Source: Phoronis australis
Lineage: Eukaryota; Animalia; Phoronida
Direction of reading: 5' to 3'
DNA length: 64,000 bases
NCBI GenBank assembly: GCA_002633005.1
Contig: NMRA01000036.1
Coordinates: forward strand, 1,288,139 to 1,352,138
Shown: positions 1-14,500 of the stretch, in pieces
Layout: the number at the start of each line of letters is the position of its first letter
Numbering within the stretch: position 1 is the stretch's first letter
Notes under the pieces: generated by a model
What the model saw: only the letters and a program-made list of their open reading frames with translations
Databases searched by the model: none
What the model was told of the DNA's origin: nothing
Made by a program: the position numbers and the translations under genes

Positions 1-976
1 ATACAATTCCTGGGTTGAAGTCCGCAGATTGCAAGCCATTCGCTTGCACTCGCGGGATACAATATACTGTACGCATCTAGAATAAAAAGGTAATTTAATC
101 CCGTCATTCATTAACTGCATTCCATTTTACACGAGCCCACAGTTTAAAGTTTAACATGCACAGCACGTACGCACTAGAGTGGTGGAAAATTAAGTAGAGT
201 AAATAAGCCAATTAATACATTATGGGCTACAGAAGACACGCATATGAAATGGTGATTTCTCCTGAAATATCGAGAAAATTGCGAAAACAAAATTATGACA
301 TCAATCCGTGGAATTAACGAGGTTGTTCGGATACTGAAGAGTGTAGCGTACAGATTATTCATGAAGTGGCAGGTCATTCGATGCCAGCAGAAATTTGCAA
401 TTTTAATGGAAGTAAGGCGTTAGTTGTAATAATTTGAATACTTTTTTCTTTTTACCGAATGTAAACTACCAGTACGAATACAAACTCCGGGGCGGGTTTT
501 GTGAAAACGTGGCTGGCTCTGCAAATTTCTGGTTTGATACTGCAGTCAATATTCGGTGCTCCAAAATCGAGCACATGTGTTTCTAAGGAGGAAAAATGAG
601 CTTGTAATAATGCTGAATATTCGACACTATTCGCAATCCTCATGTTGTTTACTCTGCAACATGTTTTATACTGCAACATAGCTCGTTGCGTATCCCGGAC
701 AAAATGGCTTACGGTAATTGTTTAAATAGCTCTTACTCTACCATTTGTGAATTGGTTTGTTTACCCTACTTGCTTACATATTTAGGATGATGGACAAAAC
801 CGCGGCTCATGTATTCAACGAAGTCCAATTATTTCAGTTGGCACCATTTTGCTAGGGCAGGCTAGTAAGCTCCTGGGCCGTATTGACGAAACACTCATTT
901 TTATCTCGCGTGGCTATTGAGCGACTATTTGTCCAAGTAAAATTTCAAAGTATAATTACTTCAAGGTAATGCTGAC

Positions 977-1168
977 CTAGGCAACCGAACCGTAGTATGC
1001 CCAATAGACAACCAGAAATATGAGGTACGTCAGCGGAAATAGTCTTCTTGCCAACTTGTCGATAAACCTCGCCTTCTGGTGGGCGTAGGGATCTTTCAGG
1101 ACGATGTTTGAGATTCGAGCAATCAAGGGAAGTATTGGATTCTTGACATCTGACTCAGATTGACCTTC
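977..1168 (-). CDS. Channel gene last coding exon (end of M3-M4 loop, TM4, stop)
   Basis: Acceptor tttacag then [63 protein letters not shown] and TAG at 979-977. Shows the typical IDxxxRxxFP...YW TM4 motif; phase 0. Absent from the ORF track. Confidence 0.93.
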   Translation of the reverse strand, partial: EGQSESDVKNPILPLIARISNIVLKDPYAHQKARFIDKLARRLFPLTYLIFLVVYWAYYGSVA

Positions 1169-4100
1169 CTGTAAATAAATGACGTGGGATTATAAAGGTA
1201 GATTCAAGCGTGTTCTCGAACTGCAGAACAATGTTTTCTCTCCTAATTTTCAAATGAAATGCACTAAATGAAAGTGAAAATGGAAAAGTAACTGACACAG
1301 AAATCCAATACAAGGTTAAACTCTCAAAATAAAAATAAAATATCTTAATCAATTTAACAACACCGCTGTTCAAAATAACGCGTTTTTCCGTAAGATTAAC
1401 AATCATTTACTTGAGATTTTGCGGGCTTTAGAAGTAGCAAATATCCAACAACTGCATCGAAATCCAACTTCTTGATAGAAGCAGCTTCCATAGACAGTTC
1501 CAAAATTGGCTAGCCAGTCAATTTTGGTAAGTGATGGAACGGAGAGTATTAATTCTCTATTCTTGCAAGAACAGTAAGAATAACTGTTAGTCTTCTTGAA
1601 AAACTGCCACATTGACGACCACAGTAGATACACAGTAGGAGTGATTCGGTAGCCAGTGTCATTTTTTTTGAATGTGCTATTCTGTATAAAAACATTCATT
1701 TTTGTTATCAGCTTGCTAACTATCAAGTTTACATTACGATTTTTCAACATGAGTCTATTTCATTATAACCTATACACCCACGGCTGACAGACACACTTAG
1801 CATTTCTACTCTCGTGAAGAAATTTATTAACAAAGGCTATATAAAGTTGAAAACCTTTACAAGTAGAAACTGTCACAGTATAGTAAAAACTGTTTTTATT
1901 ACTATGAAAGGGTTTCCTTCCATTCCATGGTGAGTCATTGACAAACAAAAAGAGCGGGGTGTTCAGAAATACGCCGAATATCCAAGTGCATAAGAATATG
2001 CACTGTCGAGTGGCTCGACGTCTGTTCAGTTACATTTGCCACAAGGCCTCTGAGGGCAACTTCCATAATGCCATCCTAATATGGACATTTGAAAGTAAAT
2101 GGGGTTGTGTGGTGGACAGTGCAAATATAATTTTAACTGACGAACTACCAACCCTAACTGTTTCCAATCGAAGGTTCGTGTTGTAACTACGCCCGACCAA
2201 ACTTGGAAGCAAATGACATGTTAGTTTAATTATCAAACAGTAGACCTCCTCTGTGCATTGTACGAATGACATCATTGCGCAAGTCGCCGAGGGCGGCATA
2301 TGTCCGCCCTAATACGCATTCTCCATTGCAGAATTGAAAACGGCGATTGGGGATTGGCTACACAACATGTTAATTTAAATTACAAAGTCTGTGGAGATAT
2401 TTGACAACCAAGCAGACCTCCCGCACGTTAATCGCATCGATGGCCGCGTGTGTCCGCGATGACCCTCATCAGCCGAAATGAAAACGGAGATATATGAATT
2501 GGGAATTGGCTACTACATAATACTCACATTTTCATGTTAACCAAAAGTTTGAGGAGATATTCAACTAACAAGTTCACAAATCATGCGTTAAACGAGCGAA
2601 TACATGTCAACGCAGACGTATGCAGCCGTCGACGACTAGCGCAATGTACGGGTTACGTCATCCGTACATTGTACAGATGCGTGCATTGCTCAAATCAGGT
2701 GTTTGAGTAGTAATTATTTTGCGTTACCTCATTAGTTGGAGCTGACGCGAGTACTCGCTTATTTCTTGGTCTTTCCCTAAATTTCTTTTCGCGTCTGGAA
2801 AACACGTTGACAGCGGCGAACTCAAGGAATGAAGCGAAGACGAAAACAAGGCACGTGGACATCCAAACGTCGATGGCCTTCACGTAGGAGACACGTGGCA
2901 GAGAACTGCGTGCACTGGCACTTTGGGTAGTAATCGTCAACACAGTCAGTAAACCAATAGAAACCCGAGCTGGTGCTGCGTCCAAGTTTATCCAGAAGGA
3001 AACCCATGACAAAATGACGATAAGAATTGAAGGAATATAAAGTTGGATCATGTGGTATCCAATGCTTCTCTTGAGGATAAAATTGGCTTGAAGACACGAG
3101 AATGTTCCTAAAATGAATTCGACATAGATATATGCAAGCGCCACACAAATAAAGTTGAAAATGTGATAACTGTCATATCCCAAAATTCCCTAACCCCCGG
3201 CTTGCTCTGGGTCCTGGGTCTAAACTGAGAACTCAAAGAACTGAACTATTTTGACGCTTTCTGCATTACTAGACACAAGATACAAGTACATAATTCTGTC
3301 GTCAAATACATTATGGCAAAACAAAGTGACTGCTTAAATAATAGTTCACTCATAATATCCAAAAAATAAATTCGCGCGCAGTTGTACAACTAAAGAAGAA
3401 TGCAACCGGATTTAATTAGTTTTTGTTACCGTCTTACTCATTCTCTAGCCACATCACCTCGTATATAGTCGATCTCACCTCAAGGAGAGGTGTCACGTTA
3501 ACTTGTGCGGAAGGTGAGTACATGACGCAGCGACGTCAGAGCTTCTTCCGTTGAGTGTCTGCCGCTATAGTGTGGCGTATCGTTCCCCCTTGTGCGAACT
3601 ATGAAGCTTAGATTAAAGCGTATAATATATGATTTTTTCGATTTCCTGGAGAACCCGAAATGCTTTGGAAGTGGTTCCCGGTAGTAAAGAACGAAAAGTT
3701 CGCCGTTCATACCAAGTATTAGGCCGTGAAATATCTCCGTGTATGTGGCCGACATTGTTCTGTTTCAAAATGAATTATTCTCACCTTAACCAATGTTTTT
3801 ATAAAAGTGAAACAAATTGTTAAAATCTGTCTCAGTAGATACAATTTGTAATGCCTTGGGAGCGTTCGTGGGTGCAGATGTTTTGAGAAATCAACAATGA
3901 ATAAATCATACTGTATTACCGGCTTCAGATGCGATAAAACTAATTCGGACCGGGCAGCCGCCTGTGTGAGCACATTCAGGATTTCACGAAAAAATAATTC
4001 TAATTTACCACCGAACAGACTCGCGACTGACCTCAGTAAGTTGGCCTACCGAACTTTGTAGGCTACAGTACATTCAAAATTTCTATAAATCTATAACAGC

Positions 4101-5464
4101 GAAATAAAACAACTCCTTGGTTTTAAAATTCAATGTATTTGTAAGAGTTTTACATCGAATTTTGATGATTTATTGATTTAAAATGAATTGAAGCGGTAAG
4201 GTGACACCAGTAAGCTTCTTGTGAACTGCAGAGCAGACTGCGTTACAACCTGTGACGTCGTTGGTTAATTTCAACACCTCCGTCTGTCATCTGGTGTCAG
4301 ACAAAAGAACTGAAGTTACTGTTATCAAATGGAGCAACTCGATCTAAATTGATACAAAATACGTTGTTTTTTCGGTAGCATTCTCCCTTAACCTTTCCGG
4401 GGATGAATCTCACCAAGAACATCAATTTAGGATTTCTCTCAAAAGTATTTTAATACATGCAGTGTAGAACTACACTATTCCCAGAACTGTGGTGAAATGA
4501 TATACGAGTAACATGGTTTCTCCTTGATTAACAGAACGAAGCACAGTAACAAACGGCTAGTTGGAAATATTGACATTCAGACATTTCGATTATTTGGGTG
4601 TTGAGAAGTGCCTAACCGTGTTATTCTATTCTATTCTAACAAGGCAAACGATAAAACGGTTAATTTTAATAATCCGGCTTATTACCGTACCAATGACAAA
4701 CATCGAAACAGAGGCATGCGTAGTAAGGCCCACTTATGGATTTCTCGATAATCCTTTGGTGGCAATCCATAGTTTTTTGAGGCAGGGTTGAAATTTACAA
4801 TTTCATTACAACTGGTACCTACTGGGTTGATTGTGGATTTTAAATTTTGTGCTACCTGTGAAGACTACGCTCCAATGGCAATTCAATGATTTTTGAATCT
4901 GTCTCGAGTAAAAGATTGCGAGTCCTTAACCCATTGACCCACTTTTTGCTCAGCCATCCCATTTCTTAAACATTTACCGTTTACAAGCGGGAAATTGCAA
5001 TTTAGCAGAAAAGTCAGGTACCCTTCAGACAAGTTGTATTTGAAAAAATCTGGCTTGTCGATTGACACCTACATTTCAACTGCTGTCTGTAATGTGGCAC
5101 TCTGAATGTCTCTCAGTTGGTAATAATCGCATGCAAACCGCAGGCACTACATTATTATCCACAACCCTTCGTCCGACACTGATATCTCAAAATTGCTGTT
5201 ACAATTTTATAAATTATTTTATTTAGATTTTTTGATTGCTGCTCGTGGAACAGCAGAACATTTTTGAAACAATTCCTTACAGTGGTTTGGAAAACAATGT
5301 ATATGGCATTCAAAATTCTATTTGATTCGAAAAACTATTTCTGGGAAGTGAAATTTCGAATTTTGGATAGTTTTTCCATGGCTACACATTTTTATATAGT
5401 AATGGTCGAAAATTTGGAAGGACCGAGAGAGACAGAGGGAGAGATAGGGAGAGGGAGAAGGAGA

Positions 5465-5518
<54 letters not shown>

Positions 5519-8500
5519 AATGATCTCTGAACATGTGCAAAAGCTCCAACGTTTGCTCATATGTAATCGAGCTCGACTAATATACTTATTCAACTGGTAA
5601 AATACCGATCGTGTGTTTGCATTTACCTAAGTGTAGATTGTACTCAAGCCACTCATTGAGCGCTATGTGGAGTATTCGCGGATTGTTACATCATCAACAT
5701 AATACTTACATTACCGGAGGATTGCAAGTAGGGGTAAAACCAGCAGTTTTACTTGAGGGGGTGATAATGCCGTTCATCATTTTTGTCATTGGTTATTGTG
5801 TTTTGTTTACATATCACGCTGTTTAATTTCTTCGCCGCTGTGATTGGGTTTCTTTTAGTAAGGCGGTTCTTTCCAGTAGCTACAATAGCATTTGCATGGT
5901 CTACTAGTAGCTTGACCGGCCGGCTATTATTACGTATTAGCCTCTGTATGTTACGGGTTTTGGTGACTAGCGTTTCTCGTGTATAGCGGCATTCGTTGAC
6001 AAGATCTGTCACGCGAATCATGTGTTTTCCTCGGATGATGGAAATTTTATATTAAGCACAGACTGTTGGCCAAACTGTTATAACCGCTTTTTCGGTTTCT
6101 CCTTTTCAACGCTTGTTCGGACACTTTTCATCGCTTGCAACTAAATAATATAGTGTGTTATGCAAACGACTTTTAACTTATCCCTGTAGCTAGACACGGC
6201 TACATTAGTTACAACAATGCTGTCTTAGCACTACTGACAGTCGTGCGAATGGAAGTTCCACCAACCGACCATGAGACCGTCTCACATTCTGACGAAGTAC
6301 CAGGTGAGGCGGAGGAGCGTGAGTCGTTGCTGCGTCTAGTGTGTATGGTGAGGACGCCTTTAGTTCTGTATCCGCTCACACCGCAAACACTGCTTTGAGT
6401 GCTAGGTCGCAGTCTTCAGTGGCTAGCGTCAGGCTGAAGTAGGCCAAGTTCCAGGCGCGTAAACAAGCCTTGGAACCGAAGATGCTGATCAAGGAACAGC
6501 AGGCAAAACTGGAGTCGCGGATCAAGCAGCAGCAGTTGGAGCGTGAAACAAGAGCAAAAATGCGTGAGATAAGAACCATAGAGCGCAAGGATGAGGCGAA
6601 AGCTTGTGAAGAAGTAGAATTTCTGATGTTGGAGACGCAGATTAAAGAAGGACAGTTGTCATTAGAAAGACGTGCGAGAGCACTGCAGATAGACACGGAA
6701 CTCGCAATCGCCATTGCACACAAGAGTATTTCCCATGGGCAGGAGCCGGCGTCTATTAGTTAGTCAGCGTCTTCAGTGCCGCTGGTGCGTGAACCATCCG
6801 TCGTCGTCGGTACGCCAATGACGTCAAAGCTGCTATCATTTGACGTGCCCGGGACGGTTAGTGCATCAGCGACTTCAACGCCACCGGTTGACAAACCTAC
6901 GCTGATCGTGTGTAAACAAGTAACGTCATCAGTGCCGTATCGTGGATCGTCAAAGGTTGCCGTCGAATCAGTGGACAAAGCTACACATATGGATGTTGTG
7001 CAACAGACTGTTAATGAGCATGGGACTCAAAGTAGATTATCTCATAATAGTTTGGTTTATAGTAATCCTGCGTTAGCAAACATTCAAGTATCTATTGGTA
7101 ATGCTCATGTTGTGTCTAGTTGTTGCTCTATGCCTCATTTTAATCTAGCTGCAGGTGATAGCCCAGCCGTTCGGATCTCTGCTGCGAGGAATGACGTCAA
7201 GAGTACAGTGATGATTAGTATTTCATCGCTTGAAGTCTTAAATCATCCATCTAACCTTCAGACGGCTGTACGTAACTTACCCTTGTACTTTCAAAATAAA
7301 TGGAGGGACAAAGCTGCATCTTATAGAAATGCAAGGTTTCGGGCATGCTTCACTGATTTAGTTGACTTTGTTTCACACGCTTCTCAGCCCGCAAGTGATC
7401 CAGTGTTTGGCAAAGATGCATTGTTTAGATCGGGTCATGCACATCCCGAGAAAACTCGTACCACTGTACTGAGAGTGCTAATTCCTTCTCTGCCGAGTGG
7501 AAAGACTGTTATGTCATGTTTATTTTGTAGCCGAGCTCACGATATCAATAACTGTTCCAATTTTATGGAAAAGCCGTATGAAGAAAAAAGAGCCTTCATT
7601 GCAAAAAACAGCTATGTTTCGGGTGTCTTCGAGGTAACCATTTGGTGAAGGGTTGTACTAAAAAGAAAGTTTGTGCCAGATGTTCCAAGCCTCACCCGAC
7701 ATGTCTTCACAACGATGGATATACGTCACGTAAGAACCGCATTGAATCTGGAACTCAGACCGAGGGACCTAATCAGCATTCTTGTCTGGTAGTTGATGAT
7801 GCGATTGATAGTTGCGAGATTTTGCAATCCACATTTCCGGTTAGAATTCCTCATGAATCATCAGATTCCTTTATTAAAACGTACGCCTTCTATGATCAAG
7901 GTAGCACTGCATGCTTTATTTCGGAGGCTCTGCTAAACCAAGACCAGATTGGTGTCGATTCCGTACCTGCTAAGTTGCATCTTAATACCATGCATGGATC
8001 TACGTATATTGATTCTGACGTCGTTTCAGGACTTGTAGTCACGGACCTGCAGGGCGCTAATGCCGTGCCTCTTCCCAAGACTTACTCTCGTCACGAAATA
8101 CCTGTTCAGCATTGTCACATTCCCATGCCAGAGGTTCTTCGTAAATCACCGAATCTTGAAGCTTTAGCTGACTGTGTTGCAGATTTTGTGCTGCATCTTG
8201 ACATTGGGTTGTTGATTGGCAGTAATTGTCCGCTTGCCCTGGAGCCTTTGGAGGTGTTTCCGTCCTCAAGGAACGGACCATTTGGCGTGAGGCTACGGCA
8301 TGGGTGGACTGTCAATAGCCTGTGAGCGTGGCCGGAGGTGATGTACGCAAGATGGCGGGCTACATGGTGTGTGTTCAGGATGTTGCGGTCAGCGGGAGAA
8401 TAGCTGTGGACCAGAGTATTGATGATATTCGCCAGGTGCTGGAACGAGATTTCTGTGATACGGAGAGTCATCACTCCGACGAGAAGAGTATGTCTCTGGA

Positions 8501-11500
8501 AGATCGTCGATTTACGAACATTTTAGATGACGGTGCACAGGTTCAGTGAGGACACTACGAAATACCGCTACCATTTCGTTAAAAACGTCCTCACATGCCG
8601 AACAAACGGGTCCAGGCTTTACAGCGGGTGTTGTGGAAGAGGAAAAAGATGTTGAGTTAGGATTCTTACCAGCGTGATTACGCTAAATTTATTACTGTTT
8701 TAGTTGATAAGGGTCATGCCTGGAAAGTCCCTTCGGATCGGCTCTCGACTCAGACTGGAAGTGTTTGGTACTTGCCACACCATGGAGTCTATCATCCCAA
8801 GAAGCCGGAGAAGATACGTGTAGTGTTTGATTGTAGCGCAAAATTCGAAGATGTGTCTCTCAACGATAGTTTGCTGCGTGGCCCAAATTTCATCAACTCG
8901 TTGATGGGTGTTTTGACTCGTTTCCGTCAGGAACCAGTGGCTTTCATGGGTGACGTGGAGGCGATGTTTAACCAAGTTAACATTCCTGAAGATCACATGT
9001 AGAGCAGTGGCCTACCTCCATCGATTTGTGAAATATCTGAGGCGCGAGGAAGACAGGACGAGCTCACGCGGTGTGTTGTCGGTGGACGAAGTCGTACAGG
9101 CAGAGATTGGGAAAGTGCGCTACGTGCAATCAAGGCATTTCGCTTCTGAGATGGGGATTTTGCAGGCTAGTTCTGGTTCGCAGAAGGTAACGTCTGTGCC
9201 ACGTACGAGCTCCATACGTGCCCTTGATCCATTTGTGAGTAGTGAGGGTGTTATCAGGATTGGCGGTCGACTTGGCACATCTGATTTGAGCTATGGTGAA
9301 AATCATCCGATCATGTTGCCGTCAAAGGATTATGTTACTATGCTTATAGTTCGACACTATCATGAGAGGCTTCATCATGCTGGTCGCAACCACGTACTAT
9401 CGGTTATTCGTCAGAAATACTGGGTTATTGCTGGGAGTGCCCCAGTACGACGTGCGATTGGACAATGTGTAACGTGCAAGCGACTGCGAGGTCCGTGCGT
9501 TGAGCAGAAGATGGCAGACCTACCCGCCGCCAGGACAGCGAAGTTCCTCCATTTTGGTATACAGGTACCGACTGTTTTGGGCCGTTTGAAGTCAAGTTTG
9601 GTCGGAATCACTCAAAGAGGTATGGTGTGCTTTTTACTGATCTTTCTTGTCGCGCAGTACAACTTGAGGTTATTGATAGTCTAGATACTAGTTCATTCAT
9701 TAGTGCCTTGCGTCGTTTCATTTAAAGAAGGGGTACGATCAGAGAGATGTGGAGTGACAATGGTACAAATTTCGTTGGTGCTGAGAGAGAATTACGTGAG
9801 GTCATCAAGGAAATTAACCAGAAAGTGGTGAGTGATGTGTTTTTAAAGGATGGTATTCGTATGCATTTCAACTCTCCGGCTGCAAGCCACTTGGGAGGCG
9901 TCTGGGAGCGGCAAATTCGCTCAATTCGTAGGGTACTGTCAGTATTGTTGAGAAATTGGGGTAGCCGGGGTAACGACGAGATACTGCGGACATTGTTTTG
10001 CGAAGTTGAAAGTATCATCAATTCGAGGCCACTTACGACTGCCTCTTCTGATCCTAGAGATTTACAACCGCTCATCCCAAACCATTTGCTCACTCTGAAG
10101 ACTTTGACTATTACGCCACCTGGTGTGTTCGAGCCAGAGGACTTGTACAGTCGAAAACGATGGCGGAGAGTCCAGTATTTAGCTGAGCAGTTCTGGGTTA
10201 GGTGGCGCAAGGAGTACTTAGTGATGCGCCAGGTTCGTCAGAAATGGCATTACCCTAGGCGAAACCTCCAAGTTGGTGATGTTGTACTGCTGAGAGATGA
10301 TAATTCACCAATAATTCATGGCCAATGGGTCTGGTGACCGTTTCAGAGGTAGATTCCAAGGGTTTGGTTCGAAGCGTTCATGTGAAGATCCAGTCAGGGA
10401 TATATCATCGACCCATAGCTAAGTGTATTTTGTTCCCTCCTCTTGTTCAGAAGTAAATGTCCTGAAGCAATCAGCCATTGCTTCCAGGGGGAATGTTGAT
10501 GCCGTGCATTATTTTTTTGTCATTGGTTATTGTGTTTTGTTTACATATCACGCTGTTTATTTTCTTTATAGGTAGCAGTACACCTTTTGCCACTGTGATT
10601 GGGTTTCTTTTAGTAAGCCGGTTCTTTCCAGTGCCTACAATAGCATTTGCATTGTCTGATAGCAGCTTGACCTGCCGGCTATTATTACGTATTAGCCTCT
10701 GTATGTTACGCTGGTTTTGGTGACTTGCGTTTCTCGTGTATAGCGGCATTCGTTGACAAGACTTGTAACGCGAATCATGTGTTTTCCTCGGATGCTGGAA
10801 CTTTTATATTAAGCACAGACTGTTGGCCAAACTGTTATAACCGCTTTTTCGGTTTCTCCTTTTCAACGCTTGTTCGGGCACTTTTCATCGCTTGCAACTA
10901 AATAATAAAGTGTGTTATGCAAACGGCTTTTAACTTATCCCTGTAGCCAGACGCGGCTACAGGGGGATAATTTCCTAAATCCTCTTCCCTAACATTCTTT
11001 GAAAACCAAGGCGAGATAGTTAAATGGAATGCACTATAAACTCACGATTACACTACAGATAACTTGCTTTTTCAAAAACCTTATTATCACGAGTTTTGTA
11101 TACAAGCGCTGGTACCTTCAGCTTCAGTTTTAGGCGCAGGCGGCTATGTACATGGGTAAGTACGTGAGCTCCTTCTTCGCAAAAATCTGTTTAAAATATT
11201 GGCTGTGCATGAACTAAAATATTCAAAGATTTCAAAGAAATTTAATTTTATACAAGTAGTTTTTCTAGTGGGAAATTTGTAACATGGTTTGGTTACGCGA
11301 ACCACGTCTAAAAATGCTGTTTTCTGAACCAGTTATTGTTTTTCTAGTTCACTAAGACAAATCTGAAAGAAGCCTGTAATGTTGTTCTGTGATACCTGAT
11401 ATCCTACATAACCACGTTTCAACAAATTTCAAGGACGGCTTTGGTAGCAAATCAAATAGAATAAAAAAGTAGTTATGAGCACAAACACTCTTAGTAGCTT

Positions 11501-14500
11501 CTCAAACAAAGGACAATTGTTCTCATCCGCTATGCTGAACTCGAGGAGTAACGATGCCTGGAGGCTCGGACAAATATCCAAGATGTAATCATGCCCTCCC
11601 GAACTTCACTCCTTCGCGGAAATTGAAAAAAACGCATCGTATGGCTGATCTAGGTTTGGAGTAGCCAGTACACAGCTCTTGGGGTCTGGTTAGTTGCTGA
11701 CTAGGTTTGGAGCTGTCAGTACTTGTGAGTTGAAGAAAATAAAATTAGAATATACCTGAACGAATTATGGTGTTAGCGTTGCACCTCGCAATGGAAAAAA
11801 ATGTTACAATACTTTCGAACAAAACACGATCCACGAAACTACAGTCTTGCAAACGTCCGGCATTGCGTTTAATTATTGCGTGCGTGGCGGTGTGGTAATA
11901 AGATAAGATGTAACTCACTTGATAGTACCTTCAGTGCGCCACGCTCATGTTTGACATTTTTGAGTATTTCTGCACGTTTATGTCGAAAATACTGTAACTT
12001 AAAACATGATGAATGTCAACGTCTATGCCTTAGAGACATTTTCCAATACCTGTAGAATAACTTTGCGAGCAGTCGTCCATTGATATGGATTGAAGTTCAA
12101 ACTGCGGCAAGGACAACTTGCCATCATACGAGACGCTGTTGTTTGGTAACCAAGTGAAGAAAACCGTTCTCCGAGGATATCCAACTAGAACAGTGTAAAG
12201 ATACGTACAATATTGCATGCACACATTTTTACACATAAACACACATACACACGGGCGCGCGCGCACACACACACATGCAGGCTTTTTGAATTTCGCATAT
12301 CGAGCAGCTGGTTTCCTCGTGTAGAGATTTGGTTTCACAAAGTCGCTAGCATGGCGTTCCGACATTTGAATCTGTACACGACTGACGTGAGCGTGAGCGT
12401 GAACGTAAAAGCTGGGACATTTCAAATCTTTGCCGGTCGTTGCGTTCAAACCAAAAAAGCAATGGACCTGTGCAGTGAGTTTATAACCAACGAATGATAT
12501 TAGCCTATAATTTCATGTTTAGAATTCGGACTAACCTGAAGGTGCCCACAAATGTGCGTCGGCACGGTGCAGTGCAGTGAAAATAGTTATGGACTTAGCC
12601 AAAGAGGTACCAATGTTCACAGTGCGAATTAAAATAAAAGTTCCTCGTTCCGTCCGCAAACTTGAGAGATAATACAATGGCCTCAAACTGGTCAACATTC
12701 TTCTTACAATCTTGTGAGTTACACCATATACCATTGTAAATCTAGTCTCAACTTGTTCCGTTCGCACACGAGTAGTAGTTTCTGGGCTTAGAAAGAACTG
12801 ACCTTTCATTATTACCTGGAATTATGCTCCGCACATTCAAGTGTTCCTACTATGGATTTTTGCACGTTTAGGCTTTAGATCGGATACAATGGTTTTATAA
12901 CATAAAATCTATCTAAATACAATTAGTTTGGAAAATAATTGAGAAATTTTGAAGGAAATTTCACGTTATTTTGGTTTCCCGCCACACGAGGGGGTCCATG
13001 GAAAGCAATGTGAAATGATGGTGCAACCCTGAATGTAAATATTACAATAATAAATAAATAATTAATGGTGTCATCAGTAGAAGATGTTGATCAGTTGACA
13101 GCTTATATCCAATGGAGCACAGTCAGGCCTGTAGACAGCATTGCGCGGGGGTGGTTCGAATTTCTAGAACGGCGGACCTTTGATATTTCGGTAAGGCCCT
13201 TGACGCAGCTTAACTAGGGGGGAGGGAAATCTGTATACACAACGAGGACTCTTAGTTCTATGTTCCCAAGATCAGACGGAATTCGTAATACCAGAAATGA
13301 CAATGCTGTGACGGTTGCTTGCAAAGAACGGGACACAAATCCAGATGTAATATGGTCCAGAAAGAGAACATTACCGCGTTACCCCCTGCCAAACTTTCAA
13401 ACCGGGCGTGCTTAAATGTGTGATAACACCTCATTATATACTCAGACGGAAATATTTAGTCCGAGAAATATCGACTTGAATATTTTAATCTTGTATTTTG
13501 CGTGTTACTTAACTGGCTTAAATCGCTAAAAATGGGAACAGCCAAGTATTCCAAAGGTTCACTACTCTGAAGGCTCACTATTTCGAAGGTTTACTACTCG
13601 GAAAAGATAAAAAATTTCGGACTTGGGTGTATGAGATATACTTTTACCTGCAAAAAACGACACTTCGATTACTAGATGCACTAGGTGGTGTTCCTTTGCT
13701 GAAACAACCCCCGTATTTCAAGCGCATGCGAAATTGCCCGCATGTATTTCGAATACGGAAAACGAGTACGTACTTAAATTTTTAAAAGATTATGAAGAAG
13801 GAATATTGATGAATCACGACGTATTCATCAAATCCATGTCAAGGTCGTATCATTTGACAGCGTTTAGGGCCGCTGCGCCTCAAACTCACTTATCGGAACC
13901 ACGCGTATGACTGATCCGAAACTAAATGTGGTTAGTAGGCTACTCTGTCCCTGCCAGTCTTCACGAAGTCATAGGGTCCCATTCAGTCTTCTTAAATCTA
14001 AAATCGCCGCTATTGGTCGCTGAGGTACTGACCCGATGTTGTCCCGGCTTGAGACTGAATGAGTCGTTGGATTCAAGATTAACCATTGGCGGTGATTGGA
14101 ACTGAGCTCATTTGTAAACAACGTAATCAAAGTTTTAAGAACTTTTCAACTTTTGCACACCCTTTATGGACACAAATACATACACAAAACGTACCGAGAG
14201 CGACGTACATGAAGTAATATCCCACGAGACATTATTCCACGTATAGACCGAGACCGAATGTATTTATCCCATGCGCTTCGAATCCCTAAGTTTCTTGCAT
14301 TTTTTCGGCAGATTTTACAAATACCTCATCCAGACTGTGAGTGTCGGCAAGTCAAGAGGAGTTAATGGCTTTAAGAGGGCTTTATTAAGAGAATTGAAAC
14401 ATTTCTCATTTACATTCTCACAGTTCTTCTCTGTTTCAGTTCTACAAAAATGAAAAAAACAAAATGCAAAATAGCAAAGCTCACCGATACAGACAAAATG

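Larger units (their letters stand above)
5762..10961 (+). mobile_element. BEL/Pao LTR retrotransposon, both LTRs present, internally deleted and decayed
   Basis: TG...CA LTRs at 5762-6204 and 10494-10961; 5-bp TSD GGGGG at 5757-5761 and 10962-10966; polypurine tract AGGGGGAA before the 3' LTR; gag, protease, RT and integrase remnants in BEL order. Confidence 0.95.

Noticed and set aside
452-679. ORF ending FVFVLVVYIR as a TM4 candidate
   Set aside because: It lacks the DxxxRxxFP and YW motifs; the real TM4 exon is at 977-1168.
5264-5593. ORFs rich in ER or SL dipeptides, and most other 60-130-aa ORFs in the track
   Set aside because: They are translations of microsatellites, LTRs or antisense transposon frames with no domain evidence.
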